Shown in pieces: positions 36,564 to 46,133 of a stretch of DNA of 64,000 bases. The notes below the pieces were generated by a model, which was not told where the DNA came from, made no database searches, and worked only from the letters and a program-made list of their open reading frames with translations. Origin of the DNA: Candidatus Woesearchaeota archaeon (GTDB taxonomy: Archaea; Nanobdellota; Nanobdellia; Woesearchaeales; GW2011-AR15); contig JAFGRO010000002.1 of NCBI GenBank assembly GCA_016935095.1, forward strand, positions 3,306-67,305, given 5' to 3'. Position 1 is the first letter of the stretch. Every line of letters begins with the position of its first letter. The position numbers and the translations under genes are program-made.

Positions 36564-37241
36564 ATGGATAAAACATACATTGTTATTCCTGCATATAATG
36601 AGCAGAACTCGATCAAAAAAGTAATACAGGATTTAAAAAAGCAGGGGTACATGAATATTATCGTAGTTGATGACGGGAGCATTGATAAAACAGGTAAAAT
36701 CGCAAAACAACAGGGAGCCATTGTTTTAAGTCATTTAATCAACCGCGGCCAGGGTGCAGCACTGAAAACAGGAATAGACTTTGCTTTAATGAAAAAAGCA
36801 GATATAATTGTGACATTTGATGCAGACGGACAGTTCCTTGCAAAGGACATAAAAAAAGTAATTATGCCTGTAAAAAAAGGCAACGCAGAGGTTGTTTTAG
36901 GCTCAAGATTTCTAGGAAAGGCAAAAAATATCCCTCTTTTTAAAAAGATTGTCTTGAAGTTAGGCGTATTACTTGTGTTTTTTTTATATGGGATTAAAGT
37001 AACAGACTCGCAAAATGGGTTCAGGGCATTTTCCAGGCATGCTGCGTCACAGATTGAAATCAGGAGCAATAAAATGGAACATGCCGGAGAAATCTTCCAT
37101 GAAATTAAAAAAAATAATCTGGCTTTTAAAGAGGTTCCTGTTACTGTTTTATATACAAGATATTCATTACAGAAAGGACAATCATGGTCAAGAAGCATTA
37201 TGCTAGGCTTAAAAATGATATTAAAAAAATTAATGGTGTAA
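36564..37241 (+). CDS. Family 2 glycosyltransferase (Dpm1/GtrB-like, soluble)
   Basis: YIVIPAYNEQNSIKKVIQDL...IIVVDDGSIDKT...TFDADGQF are GT2 signature motifs. Confidence 0.85.
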   Translation: MDKTYIVIPAYNEQNSIKKVIQDLKKQGYMNIIVVDDGSIDKTGKIAKQQGAIVLSHLINRGQGAALKTGIDFALMKKADIIVTFDADGQFLAKDIKKVIMPVKKGNAEVVLGSRFLGKAKNIPLFKKIVLKLGVLLVFFLYGIKVTDSQNGFRAFSRHAASQIEIRSNKMEHAGEIFHEIKKNNLAFKEVPVTVLYTRYSLQKGQSWSRSIMLGLKMILKKLMV

Positions 37242-37580
37242 ATGAAAATGAATATAATCCAATTATTTGCAATATTATTCAGCTTATTTGCGGCAAGCAG
37301 GGTTTTTTTAAGGACAAAAGACAAAAAACTTACAATACCTGAATTTGTTTTCTGGATGTTTATATGGGGCTCGTTGATAATAACTGCATTTATTCCTGAT
37401 GTGACTAGCATGATAGCTAATTTTGTAGGTATAGGAAGAGGCGTGGATATTATTATCTACATGAGTATAGGAACAGTATTTTATCTCATTTTCAGGCTTT
37501 ATGTTAAATTAGAGGATGTAGAGCGGGAACTCACTGTTGTTATAAGAGAGCTGGCTTTTATGAAGAAAAGGAAAAAATGA
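37242..37580 (+). CDS. Small membrane protein, DUF2304-like (commonly paired with GT2 enzymes)
   Basis: 112 aa with 3 TM helices and a charged C-terminal tail. 1-nt spacing from the upstream GT2 and 4-nt overlap with the downstream GT4. Confidence 0.55.
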   Translation: MKMNIIQLFAILFSLFAASRVFLRTKDKKLTIPEFVFWMFIWGSLIITAFIPDVTSMIANFVGIGRGVDIIIYMSIGTVFYLIFRLYVKLEDVERELTVVIRELAFMKKRKK

Positions 37581-38719
37581 AGATTCTGTTTATCACTGAG
37601 TATTTTCCAAGTAGCTCAAAACTTAATATTAGAGGAGGAATAGAAGCAAGAATATATTTAATTGCAAAAGAGCTCGCGAAAAAACACAATATCTCAATAA
37701 TATGTTCAAGAGAGAAAAACACTAAATCATTTGAGGAAATAGATAAAATAAATATATTTCGTGTTGGCAGTCCAAGGGATTATATACAATCTGGTTCAGT
37801 ATTCTCCAGAATGGAATTTATGATTTCAGCATTTATTGAAGGGAGAAAAATTGATTTTGATATTGTTGAAGGGCAAAATTTTTTTTCATATTTACCTGCT
37901 TATATGCTCTCAAAAGTAAAAAGGAAGCCAGGTATCTCAATGTATGCAGACACTATTAAAAATAATTGGCTGAAATATCTTGGGTTTTTTGACGGGCTTG
38001 TAATGGAGATTTTTGAAAGAATCCTGTTCTTGTTTAAAAATAAGTATTTTATTACAATAAGTAATCATGTTAAAAATAAATTAATTAAATCTAGGATAAA
38101 TAAAGAAAAAATTAAGGTTGTATATTGCGGCATTGACCTAAAAAAATACAAATTCAAGGATAAAAAATACCCTCAGAAAACAATATGTTGTGTTGCAAGA
38201 CTTGCGAAGCATAAAAGAATAGATGATTTATTAAAAGCAATAAAAATCCTGAAAAAACATTACCCTGAAATCAGGTGCAGGTTAATCGGAACTGGCCCAG
38301 AAAAAAGCAAACTTGAAAAAGTAGTGAATGAACTTAAGATTAAAAAAAATGTTAAGTTTTTAGGCTTTCTAAAAAATCATAAAGAAGTAATAAGAGAGAT
38401 TAAAAAATCACATCTGGTTTGTCTGCCTTCATTAACAGAGGGATTCGGCATTATTACAATAGAAGCCATGGCATGTAATGTTCCTTATGTGAATTCAGAT
38501 ATTCCTGCAACAAGGGAAATTACCAAAGCAGGGCAGGGCGGCCTGCTCTTTAAACCTGGAGATTACAGGGATTTGGCAGAAAAGATTATATACTTGCTGA
38601 GCAATAAAAAAATATATGCAGAAAAAGCAAAACAAGGGAAGGAATTTGTGCAAAAATATGATATAAAAAATATTGCAGATGAGCTTGAGAGGATATATTT
38701 AAATTTGGTTGAAAAATGA
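37577..38719 (+). CDS. GT-B glycosyltransferase, family 4-like (Glycos_transf_1)
   Basis: C-terminal LVCLPSLTEGFGIITIEAMACNVPYVNSD is the EX7E-type GT4 motif. Confidence 0.85.
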   Translation: MKILFITEYFPSSSKLNIRGGIEARIYLIAKELAKKHNISIICSREKNTKSFEEIDKINIFRVGSPRDYIQSGSVFSRMEFMISAFIEGRKIDFDIVEGQNFFSYLPAYMLSKVKRKPGISMYADTIKNNWLKYLGFFDGLVMEIFERILFLFKNKYFITISNHVKNKLIKSRINKEKIKVVYCGIDLKKYKFKDKKYPQKTICCVARLAKHKRIDDLLKAIKILKKHYPEIRCRLIGTGPEKSKLEKVVNELKIKKNVKFLGFLKNHKEVIREIKKSHLVCLPSLTEGFGIITIEAMACNVPYVNSDIPATREITKAGQGGLLFKPGDYRDLAEKIIYLLSNKKIYAEKAKQGKEFVQKYDIKNIADELERIYLNLVEK

Positions 38720-39984
38720 AAGTATTATTAGTTACAGAATACTTCCCTCCGAAAATCTTTGGGGGAGGAGAAATCTCTGCTGAAATACTTGCGGAATCCT
38801 TAGCAGAAAAAGGCATTGATGTAAGTGTTCTGACTTCTTATTTTGAAGGCTCAAATGAGTTTCAAAAAAAAAATAAAGTGAATATTTACAGGTTATTGAA
38901 AACAGGAGATTCTCCTGATAATTTAAAAGAAAATCTTAGAAGAGTTTTCGTATTCAATAATTCAGTCAGGAAAGAGGTTATTAAATTAGATGGAAAGGAG
39001 AATTTTGATATTATTCATTGCTTAAATATAACTTCAACAACAGGAGTTGCAAACGCAAAACTGAATAAAAAATTAGTTGCCACAATAAACAGCTATGCGC
39101 ATTTGTGCCCAAAGGCAAATCTTTTTTATAAAGAAAAAAAAATATGTTCAGGCTGCGGGTTTTTTAAATTTATTGAGTGTATGTCTGTTTCAGATTATGT
39201 CGGGAAGCAGAAAATTACTTCATTTATTAAATATAACCCTATTTTTCTTAAGCTATTATACTTGGAATATTTAAGAAAAAAAAATTCATTGAAAAACTTT
39301 AACTTATTCTGCCGGAGCAAATTTATTTCATGGTTTGTAAAAAACAACAGAATAGCAAAGAAGAGGATTGGAATAGAATATCCCTTATATGAGCCGAAAA
39401 AGAAAATAATCAAAATGAAAGATATTGAAAAAAAAACAGAGAACACAACGACAATTTCATATATCGGTTCATTAGAAAAAATCAAAGGCGTGGATTTATT
39501 ATTAAGGGCATATGCAAAAATCAAGGAAAAACTTAATTCAATTTTAATTATAGTTGGAGAGGGCTCTCAGAAAATCTATCTTGAAAATTTAGCAAGGGAC
39601 CTTACCATAAAAGACAGGGTTCTGTTTACAGGAGATATAGATTATAAATATATTCCCCATATTTATGATATAAGCAGTATAATTGCGTTTTTGCCAAGAT
39701 GGCCGGAGCCTTTTTCAAGGACACTTTTAGAGGCATTGTATTATGGCAAACCAATTATTGCAACTAAATCTGGCGGGAATTTTGATGCTGTTTTTGAAGG
39801 CAAAAACGGCATTCTGGTTTCAACAAATGTCAATGAAATCTCTGAAAAACTGGAAAAATTAATCTGGTATAACAAGTTAAGGAAAAAGATGGGCGAAGAA
39901 TCCAAAAAATTATTTCAGAAGAAGTTTGGGAAAGACAAGATAATTGAGAGTATAATTGATTTCTATAAAAAAGCAGAGCAATAG
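38716..39984 (+). CDS. GT-B glycosyltransferase, family 4-like
   Basis: N-terminal KVLLVTEYFPPKIFGGGEISAEILAESLAEKG is a Glyco_trans_4 N-domain. C-terminus FLPRWPEPFSRTLLEALYYGKPIIATKSGG. Confidence 0.8.
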   Translation: MKVLLVTEYFPPKIFGGGEISAEILAESLAEKGIDVSVLTSYFEGSNEFQKKNKVNIYRLLKTGDSPDNLKENLRRVFVFNNSVRKEVIKLDGKENFDIIHCLNITSTTGVANAKLNKKLVATINSYAHLCPKANLFYKEKKICSGCGFFKFIECMSVSDYVGKQKITSFIKYNPIFLKLLYLEYLRKKNSLKNFNLFCRSKFISWFVKNNRIAKKRIGIEYPLYEPKKKIIKMKDIEKKTENTTTISYIGSLEKIKGVDLLLRAYAKIKEKLNSILIIVGEGSQKIYLENLARDLTIKDRVLFTGDIDYKYIPHIYDISSIIAFLPRWPEPFSRTLLEALYYGKPIIATKSGGNFDAVFEGKNGILVSTNVNEISEKLEKLIWYNKLRKKMGEESKKLFQKKFGKDKIIESIIDFYKKAEQ

Positions 39985-40028
39985 ATTTTGGAAAAAAATA
40001 TAAAGAACATAGTTTAAATGGTTTTATA

Positions 40029-40457
40029 ATGATAGTTTTTAATGAGAGTTTGTTAATTATAATTTCAGGGATTATAGGTGTTGTTATTGTCTTTGTTTTC
40101 TTTATTGTTGAGAAATATTTAATTAAAAAACGCCAGGTTAAAATGACTTCAGCAGATTATGGACTAATGTCTGCTGAATTAAAGACTTTTAAGCGATCCG
40201 CAGCAAAAAAAAAGGCAGCAGCAAAAATTAAAAAAACAACTCCATCAGAAACTCCTGAAATAATACATAAAGATCCATTCCATACCTTCCTTGCAATAGG
40301 AATTGCTATATTTGCGTTCATAATATTGATATTCTCTGTTATTGAGCTTTTCCAGGGAAAAGAATATAGTGCACATCTTCTCTTAGGTTTGTCATTGATT
40401 GCGAATGCAATGCTTGTATACAAAGGCAAACCTCCCACAACAACACCAAGTCCATAA
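40029..40457 (+). CDS. Hypothetical small membrane protein (2 TM) with Lys/Ala-rich linker and Pro/Thr-rich C-terminal tail
   Basis: Sequence only: two hydrophobic segments, KKKAAAKIKKTTPSETPE, and C-terminal KGKPPTTTPSP. Confidence 0.4.
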   Translation: MIVFNESLLIIISGIIGVVIVFVFFIVEKYLIKKRQVKMTSADYGLMSAELKTFKRSAAKKKAAAKIKKTTPSETPEIIHKDPFHTFLAIGIAIFAFIILIFSVIELFQGKEYSAHLLLGLSLIANAMLVYKGKPPTTTPSP

Positions 40458-40478
40458 AAAACAGAAACAAACTATCTT

Positions 40479-41237
40479 TTATCTCTTCTCATTCCACTCT
40501 TTATTTGCAAACTGTTCTTTTCTTATATTCTCAGCAAGGGCAAATTCTTCTTTTGTTATCTCGCTTATTTCAAATTCAATTTTGAAATATTCTTCAAAAC
40601 CTTTTTTCAGAGCATCGCATAATTCCTGATAGCTTACTTCTCTTCCAAGCTCTTTTTTTAGAGAGGTTACCCTCTCTTTTACGTTCTGGATTAATTTATC
40701 TCTTATCTTTTCATTTGGAACTAATAAAACAGAGAACATCCTATCAACATCAACATCCATTATCAGTGTGCCGTGCTGGAGAATTGTTTTTTCTTTTCTT
40801 GTCTGCGCGCATCCTGATATTTTTTTGCCGTTGACAATCAGGTCATTTAATGGAACATACTTAGCTTCAATACTAATCTGTTTTAAGCCGTTAATAATTG
40901 CGCCGCAAATAGCTTCATATGATTTATTTATATCCTTAGGAATAAATTCATTCTGTTCTTTTATTGTTACGCTGTATGTTAATTCTTTTTCATGAAAAAC
41001 AGCTCCTCCTCCAGTAATCCTCCTTACATAGTCTATGCCGAGTTCTTTGCACTTTGCAATATCAACTTCTTCTTTTAAGGACTGGAAATAACCGATAGAG
41101 ACAGCAGGAGGAATCCACTGGTATAATCTCAGTGCCGGAGCTTTATTTAATTTAAGCAGAGCATAGTCAATTGCCATGTTAGTAAAGGCATCCCTTTTTT
41201 TATCAATTATTAATCTCCATTTCATTTTCAGAATCAA
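40479..41237 (-). CDS. lplA: Lipoate-protein ligase A catalytic domain (BPL/LPL family; archaeal split LplA-N type)
   Basis: NMAIDYALL...GKKISGCAQTRKEKTILQHGTLIMDVDVD is the BPL_LplA_LipB catalytic-domain pattern, including the conserved K in GKKISG. 252 aa, with no C-terminal LplA domain. Confidence 0.7.
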   Translation of the reverse strand: MILKMKWRLIIDKKRDAFTNMAIDYALLKLNKAPALRLYQWIPPAVSIGYFQSLKEEVDIAKCKELGIDYVRRITGGGAVFHEKELTYSVTIKEQNEFIPKDINKSYEAICGAIINGLKQISIEAKYVPLNDLIVNGKKISGCAQTRKEKTILQHGTLIMDVDVDRMFSVLLVPNEKIRDKLIQNVKERVTSLKKELGREVSYQELCDALKKGFEEYFKIEFEISEITKEEFALAENIRKEQFANKEWNEKR

Positions 41238-42241
41238 AACAACCTGTTTTTCCAGGTTTTGGGTGTTAATTCATTGACAATCTCCAGATCAATATGGTAT
41301 TTAAACGGCTTAACACCACGTTTTTTAATCCAGTCAATCATCTCTTTTAATCCTTTTTCAAGGCTGTATTCAGTTTTATACCCGAGCAGTTTCCTTGCCT
41401 TATTTGCTGAGCAGTTTGCTAAAAAAACTTCCTGCGGACGGTCTTTAAAATACCTTGGCTTGATTTTAAAATCCAACAGCCTGCCTATTGTGTAAGCCAA
41501 TTCGTTTATTGTAACAAATTCTTCATCCGGTCCGATATTGATTGTCTCTCCTGCAACATCATCCTGAAAGCCGAGTTTTATAAGGCACTGCAGGCAGTCC
41601 TGGATAAAGCTGAAGCACCTTTTCTGCTCTCCATTGCCGTAAATTATAGGTTGTTTGCCCTGCAGCATCAGGTTTATCATGATGCTGGCAACATTCCTGT
41701 AAGGGTCATCATATTTCTGCCTTGGCCCGATAATATTATGCGGCACGGCAATTACATATTCCATGCCGTGTATTTCACATAAGTTTTTGATTAACTGCTC
41801 GCTGGCATATTTTCCTATCCCGTAAGGGTCCTGCGGCTTTGGAGTCATGTCTTCTGTAAAAGGGATTTGATTCTCTCCGTAACGCGCCATGCTGCTTGTA
41901 AAAACAAATCTTTTTACATTATTGGAAATGGCCGCACTTAATACAGATGCTGTGTTCTGCTGGACATTTTTATTAATATAATAAGGTGAGAATACAGATA
42001 ATCCCTCATAAGCAGCAGCTGCACAATGATAGACAATGTCAACATCCTTTGTGATTTTTTTCATTGAATTCAGGAAATTGCAGTCATACTGGTAGAATTC
42101 AACCTCTGCAGGCACATTATCAAGATATCCTCCAATCAGGTTGTCGCAGCCGACAACATGATGCCCGAGCTCAATCAATGCTTCTGCCAAATGGCTGCCA
42201 AGGAATCCTGCAACACCTGTGATAAATATCTTTTTTTTCAT
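41234..42241 (-). CDS. NAD-dependent nucleotide-sugar epimerase/dehydratase (SDR; UDP-glucuronate decarboxylase/4-epimerase-like)
   Basis: MKKKIFITGVAGFLGSHLAEALIELGHHVVGCDNL. The ORF track extends to 42295, but the MKKK start at 42241 is more plausible. Confidence 0.85.
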   Translation of the reverse strand: MKKKIFITGVAGFLGSHLAEALIELGHHVVGCDNLIGGYLDNVPAEVEFYQYDCNFLNSMKKITKDVDIVYHCAAAAYEGLSVFSPYYINKNVQQNTASVLSAAISNNVKRFVFTSSMARYGENQIPFTEDMTPKPQDPYGIGKYASEQLIKNLCEIHGMEYVIAVPHNIIGPRQKYDDPYRNVASIMINLMLQGKQPIIYGNGEQKRCFSFIQDCLQCLIKLGFQDDVAGETINIGPDEEFVTINELAYTIGRLLDFKIKPRYFKDRPQEVFLANCSANKARKLLGYKTEYSLEKGLKEMIDWIKKRGVKPFKYHIDLEIVNELTPKTWKNRLF

Positions 42242-42293
42242 ATAAATTTCACAAAACTTAAAAAAAAGACAGTAATTTAAATAATTTACTGGC

Positions 42294-43430
42294 ATGGGAA
42301 AGAGAATTAAAGTTGTTTATTTAGGAACCTGGGAAAAGAAATATTCAAGAAACAGGATAATTATAAATGGTTTAAAGCGAGCAAATGCAGATGTTGAATT
42401 ATTTCACATTGAGACAGTATGGAATAAGAAAACACATAAAACAAAACTTTCAAAAATCCGGATTATACTTGATCTAATTAAATCTTATTTTTTGATGATT
42501 TATTATTTTTTTAAGATTAGAACTTATGATTACATTGTTATTGGCTATCCTGGCTGGTTTGATGTTCCTTTAACATGGCTGCTGAATAAATTCAGGCCAG
42601 GAAAATTAGTTTTTGACTCTTATTTTTCTATTTATGATTCAATAGTCAATGACAGGAAATCAGTAAGAGCAAAGTCTCTTTACGCGAGATTATTGTTCTT
42701 TACTGATAAGATCTGCTGCAGGCTGGCAGATATAATCTTGCTGGACACAGATGAGCACATAAATTACTTTGTTAATACTTTTAAAATCAGAAAAAACAAA
42801 TTTATCAGGGTATTTATAGGAGCTGATGACAAGATATTTTATCCGAAAAAAAGAAAAAAGAAGAATAAAAGATTCAAGGTTATTTTTCACGGCAAGTTTA
42901 TACCTTTGCAGGGTCTTTCCTATATAATAGAAGCGGCAAAGCTTCTTGAAAAACAGGATATTGAATTTGAGATTATCGGGGATGGCCAGTTAAAAGAGGA
43001 TATTGTTAAATTAAGTAAAAAACTAAATACAAATAATATCCATTTTACAGATTTTGTTCCGGTTACAGAATTACCCGGGCTTTTATTTAAAGCAGATGTT
43101 GGTTTGGGTATATTCGGAGATACAGAAAAAGCAAAGCGTGTAATCCCCAATAAGGCATTTGAAATCCTGGCAATGAAGCTGCCATTGATTACAGGAGATT
43201 CTCCTGCTGCCAGAGAAGTCCTTGAGAATAAAAAGCACTGCATACTCTGCAAGATGGCTGATCCGGATGCACTGGCTAAATCCATTTTATTATTGAAAAA
43301 TAACCCTTTGCTGAGAAAAAAAATCAGTATAAACGGGCACAGGTTATTCAGAGAGAGATTTTCAGTAAATGCAATAGGCAGAGATTTAAAAAAAACCCTG
43401 GTTTGTCTTTGCAATAAAAAAGATTTATAA
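42294..43430 (+). CDS. GT-B glycosyltransferase, family 4-like
   Basis: C-terminal half VGLGIFGDTEKAKRVIPNKAFEILAMKLPLITGDSPAAREVL is Glycos_transf_1-like. Divergent from the epimerase. Confidence 0.75.
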   Translation: MGKRIKVVYLGTWEKKYSRNRIIINGLKRANADVELFHIETVWNKKTHKTKLSKIRIILDLIKSYFLMIYYFFKIRTYDYIVIGYPGWFDVPLTWLLNKFRPGKLVFDSYFSIYDSIVNDRKSVRAKSLYARLLFFTDKICCRLADIILLDTDEHINYFVNTFKIRKNKFIRVFIGADDKIFYPKKRKKKNKRFKVIFHGKFIPLQGLSYIIEAAKLLEKQDIEFEIIGDGQLKEDIVKLSKKLNTNNIHFTDFVPVTELPGLLFKADVGLGIFGDTEKAKRVIPNKAFEILAMKLPLITGDSPAAREVLENKKHCILCKMADPDALAKSILLLKNNPLLRKKISINGHRLFRERFSVNAIGRDLKKTLVCLCNKKDL

Positions 43431-43454
43431 ACAGTTATAATTTATTCTGAGATA

Positions 43455-45146
43455 ATGCCAAAACAGAAAAAAAAGAAAACATCTGATGAAGTTGAGATTA
43501 CACTACCAGATTTTTTTAAAAAATATAAATTTAAGATTTCCCATTTGATACTTTTGTTGATTCTTATTTATGGCTTATATTTGAGATACTATCATGTAGA
43601 TTATCCTGTAATAGGTTATCATAACTGGAAAGAGATGCATTATCTGACAGAAGCAAGAAATTTTGCAAGAGACGGTTTTTTCAAACATGGTTTTTTTATT
43701 CCTTCTACAAATATATTCAACACTTATGTTAATCAGTATGGCGCGCATTCAGATACATTCCCCTTAACGTCCATAATAACAGGAATGGCATTCAGGATTT
43801 TTGGCAACAGCCTTAAGATAGCCAGATTAATCAGTATATTTTTTTCACTCGGCTCTGTGGTATTTTTCTATCTTATTGTAAAAGAACTGTTCAAAAATGA
43901 AGAGCTTGCTATTGTTGGAGCTATGCTAATGTCTTTAAATCCTTTATTAGTGTTTTTTGGGAGACAGGTTCAATTAATAAATGCTTCATTATTTTTTTGC
44001 CTTGCAGGAGTGTACTTTTATCTTGGCTGGATAAAAGATTTTTCCTGGAAAAACACAATTTTGTTTTCCTTTTGCACTGTGCTGGGAATCATAACCAAAT
44101 ATTCATTTTTCTTATTTTTAGTTCCTATGTTGTTTATATTTCCTTTTAAAAAACTTCTTGACAGGGGCTTATGGAAAAAGTACCTAGCTGCATTTTTAAT
44201 TGGATTGGTTATATCTTTATGGATACCTTATACAATGTTTATTTATAAACAGCCGGGCGGGGATTCTTCAATCGAAAAGGAAGTCACTTCTGTAAATCTC
44301 AATAAAATTTTTGAAAAATCTTTTTGGGATACCATGAAATCTTATGCAGCTGATAATTATTCATTAACAGGGGTTGTGTTTGCTGTTCTTGGCTTGTTAT
44401 TATCTATACTGATCTTTACCAGTAAAACAACTCATGCTGGATACAGGTTTTTCCTGTTTTATTTTATTGCTTCTATTCCCTGGTTTGTCTTAATGAGTTT
44501 CAAGCTTTCCGGGCATAATTATCACCAGTATCCGATATTGCCATTAGTAGTATTTTTTATAGCATATCTGTTTGTTATTGTTGCCAATTCAATAAAGAAA
44601 TTTATTTCTTCAAGGTCATTGCAGCTTATTATCTTTGTTATAGTTGTCGGAATATTTTTTGCAATACTTTTGCCGCCTTCAATTGAAGCTAAAAACAGGA
44701 TGTTTGACACACAGTTCCAGGGACTGGATATTGCAGGCGAGTATGTAAACCAACATAAACTTCCCGGTGAGAGTTTAATGCATAGCAGCCATCAGGCACA
44801 GGGCATAGTGTGGCATTCAGATACAATGGGCACTGGCGGGATTCCCGGCAATATCTCTCTGCAGGAGGAAGCAAGAAATGCAAACTGGCTGTTTATTTAT
44901 AGTTGGGACTTTAATATTTTAAATGACGATCCGAGATCAGAGTATATAAAAAATAATTATAGGATTGTCCAATTTGGATTTTATTTAATAAATAATAATC
45001 AGGTCATGCCGGTTTATTTCCTTTTGAAAAAAGGAGGTAATTTTAATGAAACTGAGCTAAATGAGGCGCTTCAATCAAAAGTGCAGTTCAAAGACTATGA
45101 GTTGACCGGGGGGTTGAGAAGGCTTTATTATGTAAATTTGGAATAA
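43455..45146 (+). CDS. GT-C-fold polyprenol-phosphate-sugar-dependent glycosyltransferase (ArnT/PMT family 39/83-like), about 12 TM
   Basis: N-terminal TM bundle with the conserved extracytoplasmic loop (YHNWKEMHYLTEARNFARDGFF). Many TM helices. C-terminal soluble domain. Confidence 0.65.
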   Translation: MPKQKKKKTSDEVEITLPDFFKKYKFKISHLILLLILIYGLYLRYYHVDYPVIGYHNWKEMHYLTEARNFARDGFFKHGFFIPSTNIFNTYVNQYGAHSDTFPLTSIITGMAFRIFGNSLKIARLISIFFSLGSVVFFYLIVKELFKNEELAIVGAMLMSLNPLLVFFGRQVQLINASLFFCLAGVYFYLGWIKDFSWKNTILFSFCTVLGIITKYSFFLFLVPMLFIFPFKKLLDRGLWKKYLAAFLIGLVISLWIPYTMFIYKQPGGDSSIEKEVTSVNLNKIFEKSFWDTMKSYAADNYSLTGVVFAVLGLLLSILIFTSKTTHAGYRFFLFYFIASIPWFVLMSFKLSGHNYHQYPILPLVVFFIAYLFVIVANSIKKFISSRSLQLIIFVIVVGIFFAILLPPSIEAKNRMFDTQFQGLDIAGEYVNQHKLPGESLMHSSHQAQGIVWHSDTMGTGGIPGNISLQEEARNANWLFIYSWDFNILNDDPRSEYIKNNYRIVQFGFYLINNNQVMPVYFLLKKGGNFNETELNEALQSKVQFKDYELTGGLRRLYYVNLE

Positions 45147-46085
45147 TTAATTTTTAGAATAATTAATAGTTTCTCTTATTTTATAACTTTGTATGTTTTC
45201 TTTTTTTGAAATAACCAGTTCGCCAATTAGACCAATGCCGGTTAGCTGCACTCCAAGAATAATTAACAATACACCAAGAATTAACATTGCAAGGTGAGTT
45301 GCAAAAGCTTCTTTGAGGAAAATATTACAATATAAAACATAGAGTTCAGCAATAAAACCAAGAATAAATGAAAACATTCCCAAACCTCCAAATAAATGAA
45401 GGGGCCTTTGATTAAAATTTGTTAAAAATTTAACTGTTAAAAGATCTAATGCGCCTGTAATAATTCTTTTTGAACCATATTTGCTTTTGCCGAATCTTCT
45501 TTCATGATGCTTAACCTTTGTTTCACCTACTGAAAAACCGTCCCTTGAAACAATTGCAGGGATATATCTATAAAGATCACCGTAGATATTAAGGCTTTTT
45601 GCCACTTTTGCTTTCATTGCTTTGAAACCAGAATCATGGTCATGTAATTTAAGACCAAAAAACAGATAATTAAGAAAATTAAAGATCTTTGAGGCAATTA
45701 TCTTATGCAATGGGTCTTTTCTTTCAAATTTCCAGCCCATTACAAGGTCATATTTTTTTATACCTTCCAGGAATTTCGGAATCTCTCTGGGATCATCCTG
45801 TAGATCAGCATCCATTGTAATTACAATATCCCCTTTGATGGCATTAAAACCGGCCATATATGCAGCTGATTTTTTAAAATTCCTTAGAAAACTTATGCAC
45901 TTTACTTTTTTGTCTTTTTTAGCTATCCTTTTTATTAATTCAAAAGAATTGTCTGTTGAACCGTCATCAACAAAAATAATCTCATAATCTTTCCTGATTT
46001 TAGATAAAACACTGTTTAGTTTATTATATAATAAATCAATATTTTTTTTTTCATTATATACGGGAATAACAACTGAAAGCTCCAT
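45147..46085 (-). CDS. Family 2 glycosyltransferase with C-terminal TM helices: dolichol/polyprenol-phosphate hexose synthase-like (DPM1/ArnC/AglD-like)
   Basis: LSVVIPVYNEKKNIDLL..EIIFVDDGSTDNS..TMDADLQDDP are ArnC/DPM1 motifs. Two C-terminal TM helices. Confidence 0.85.
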   Translation of the reverse strand: MELSVVIPVYNEKKNIDLLYNKLNSVLSKIRKDYEIIFVDDGSTDNSFELIKRIAKKDKKVKCISFLRNFKKSAAYMAGFNAIKGDIVITMDADLQDDPREIPKFLEGIKKYDLVMGWKFERKDPLHKIIASKIFNFLNYLFFGLKLHDHDSGFKAMKAKVAKSLNIYGDLYRYIPAIVSRDGFSVGETKVKHHERRFGKSKYGSKRIITGALDLLTVKFLTNFNQRPLHLFGGLGMFSFILGFIAELYVLYCNIFLKEAFATHLAMLILGVLLIILGVQLTGIGLIGELVISKKENIQSYKIRETINYSKN

Positions 46086-46133
46086 TTTTAAATAAGAATT
46101 GTTATTTTTATTATAAATCTTTTTGAAAATATT

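Noticed and set aside
36731-37411. 226-aa minus-strand ORF overlapping the GT2 and DUF2304 genes
   Set aside because: Antisense to two translationally coupled, motif-bearing plus-strand genes. Its translation is hydrophobic low-complexity sequence with no motifs.
42920-43414. 164-aa minus-strand ORF inside the GT4 gene 42294..43430
   Set aside because: Shadow ORF on the opposite strand of a gene with GT4 motifs. No independent support.
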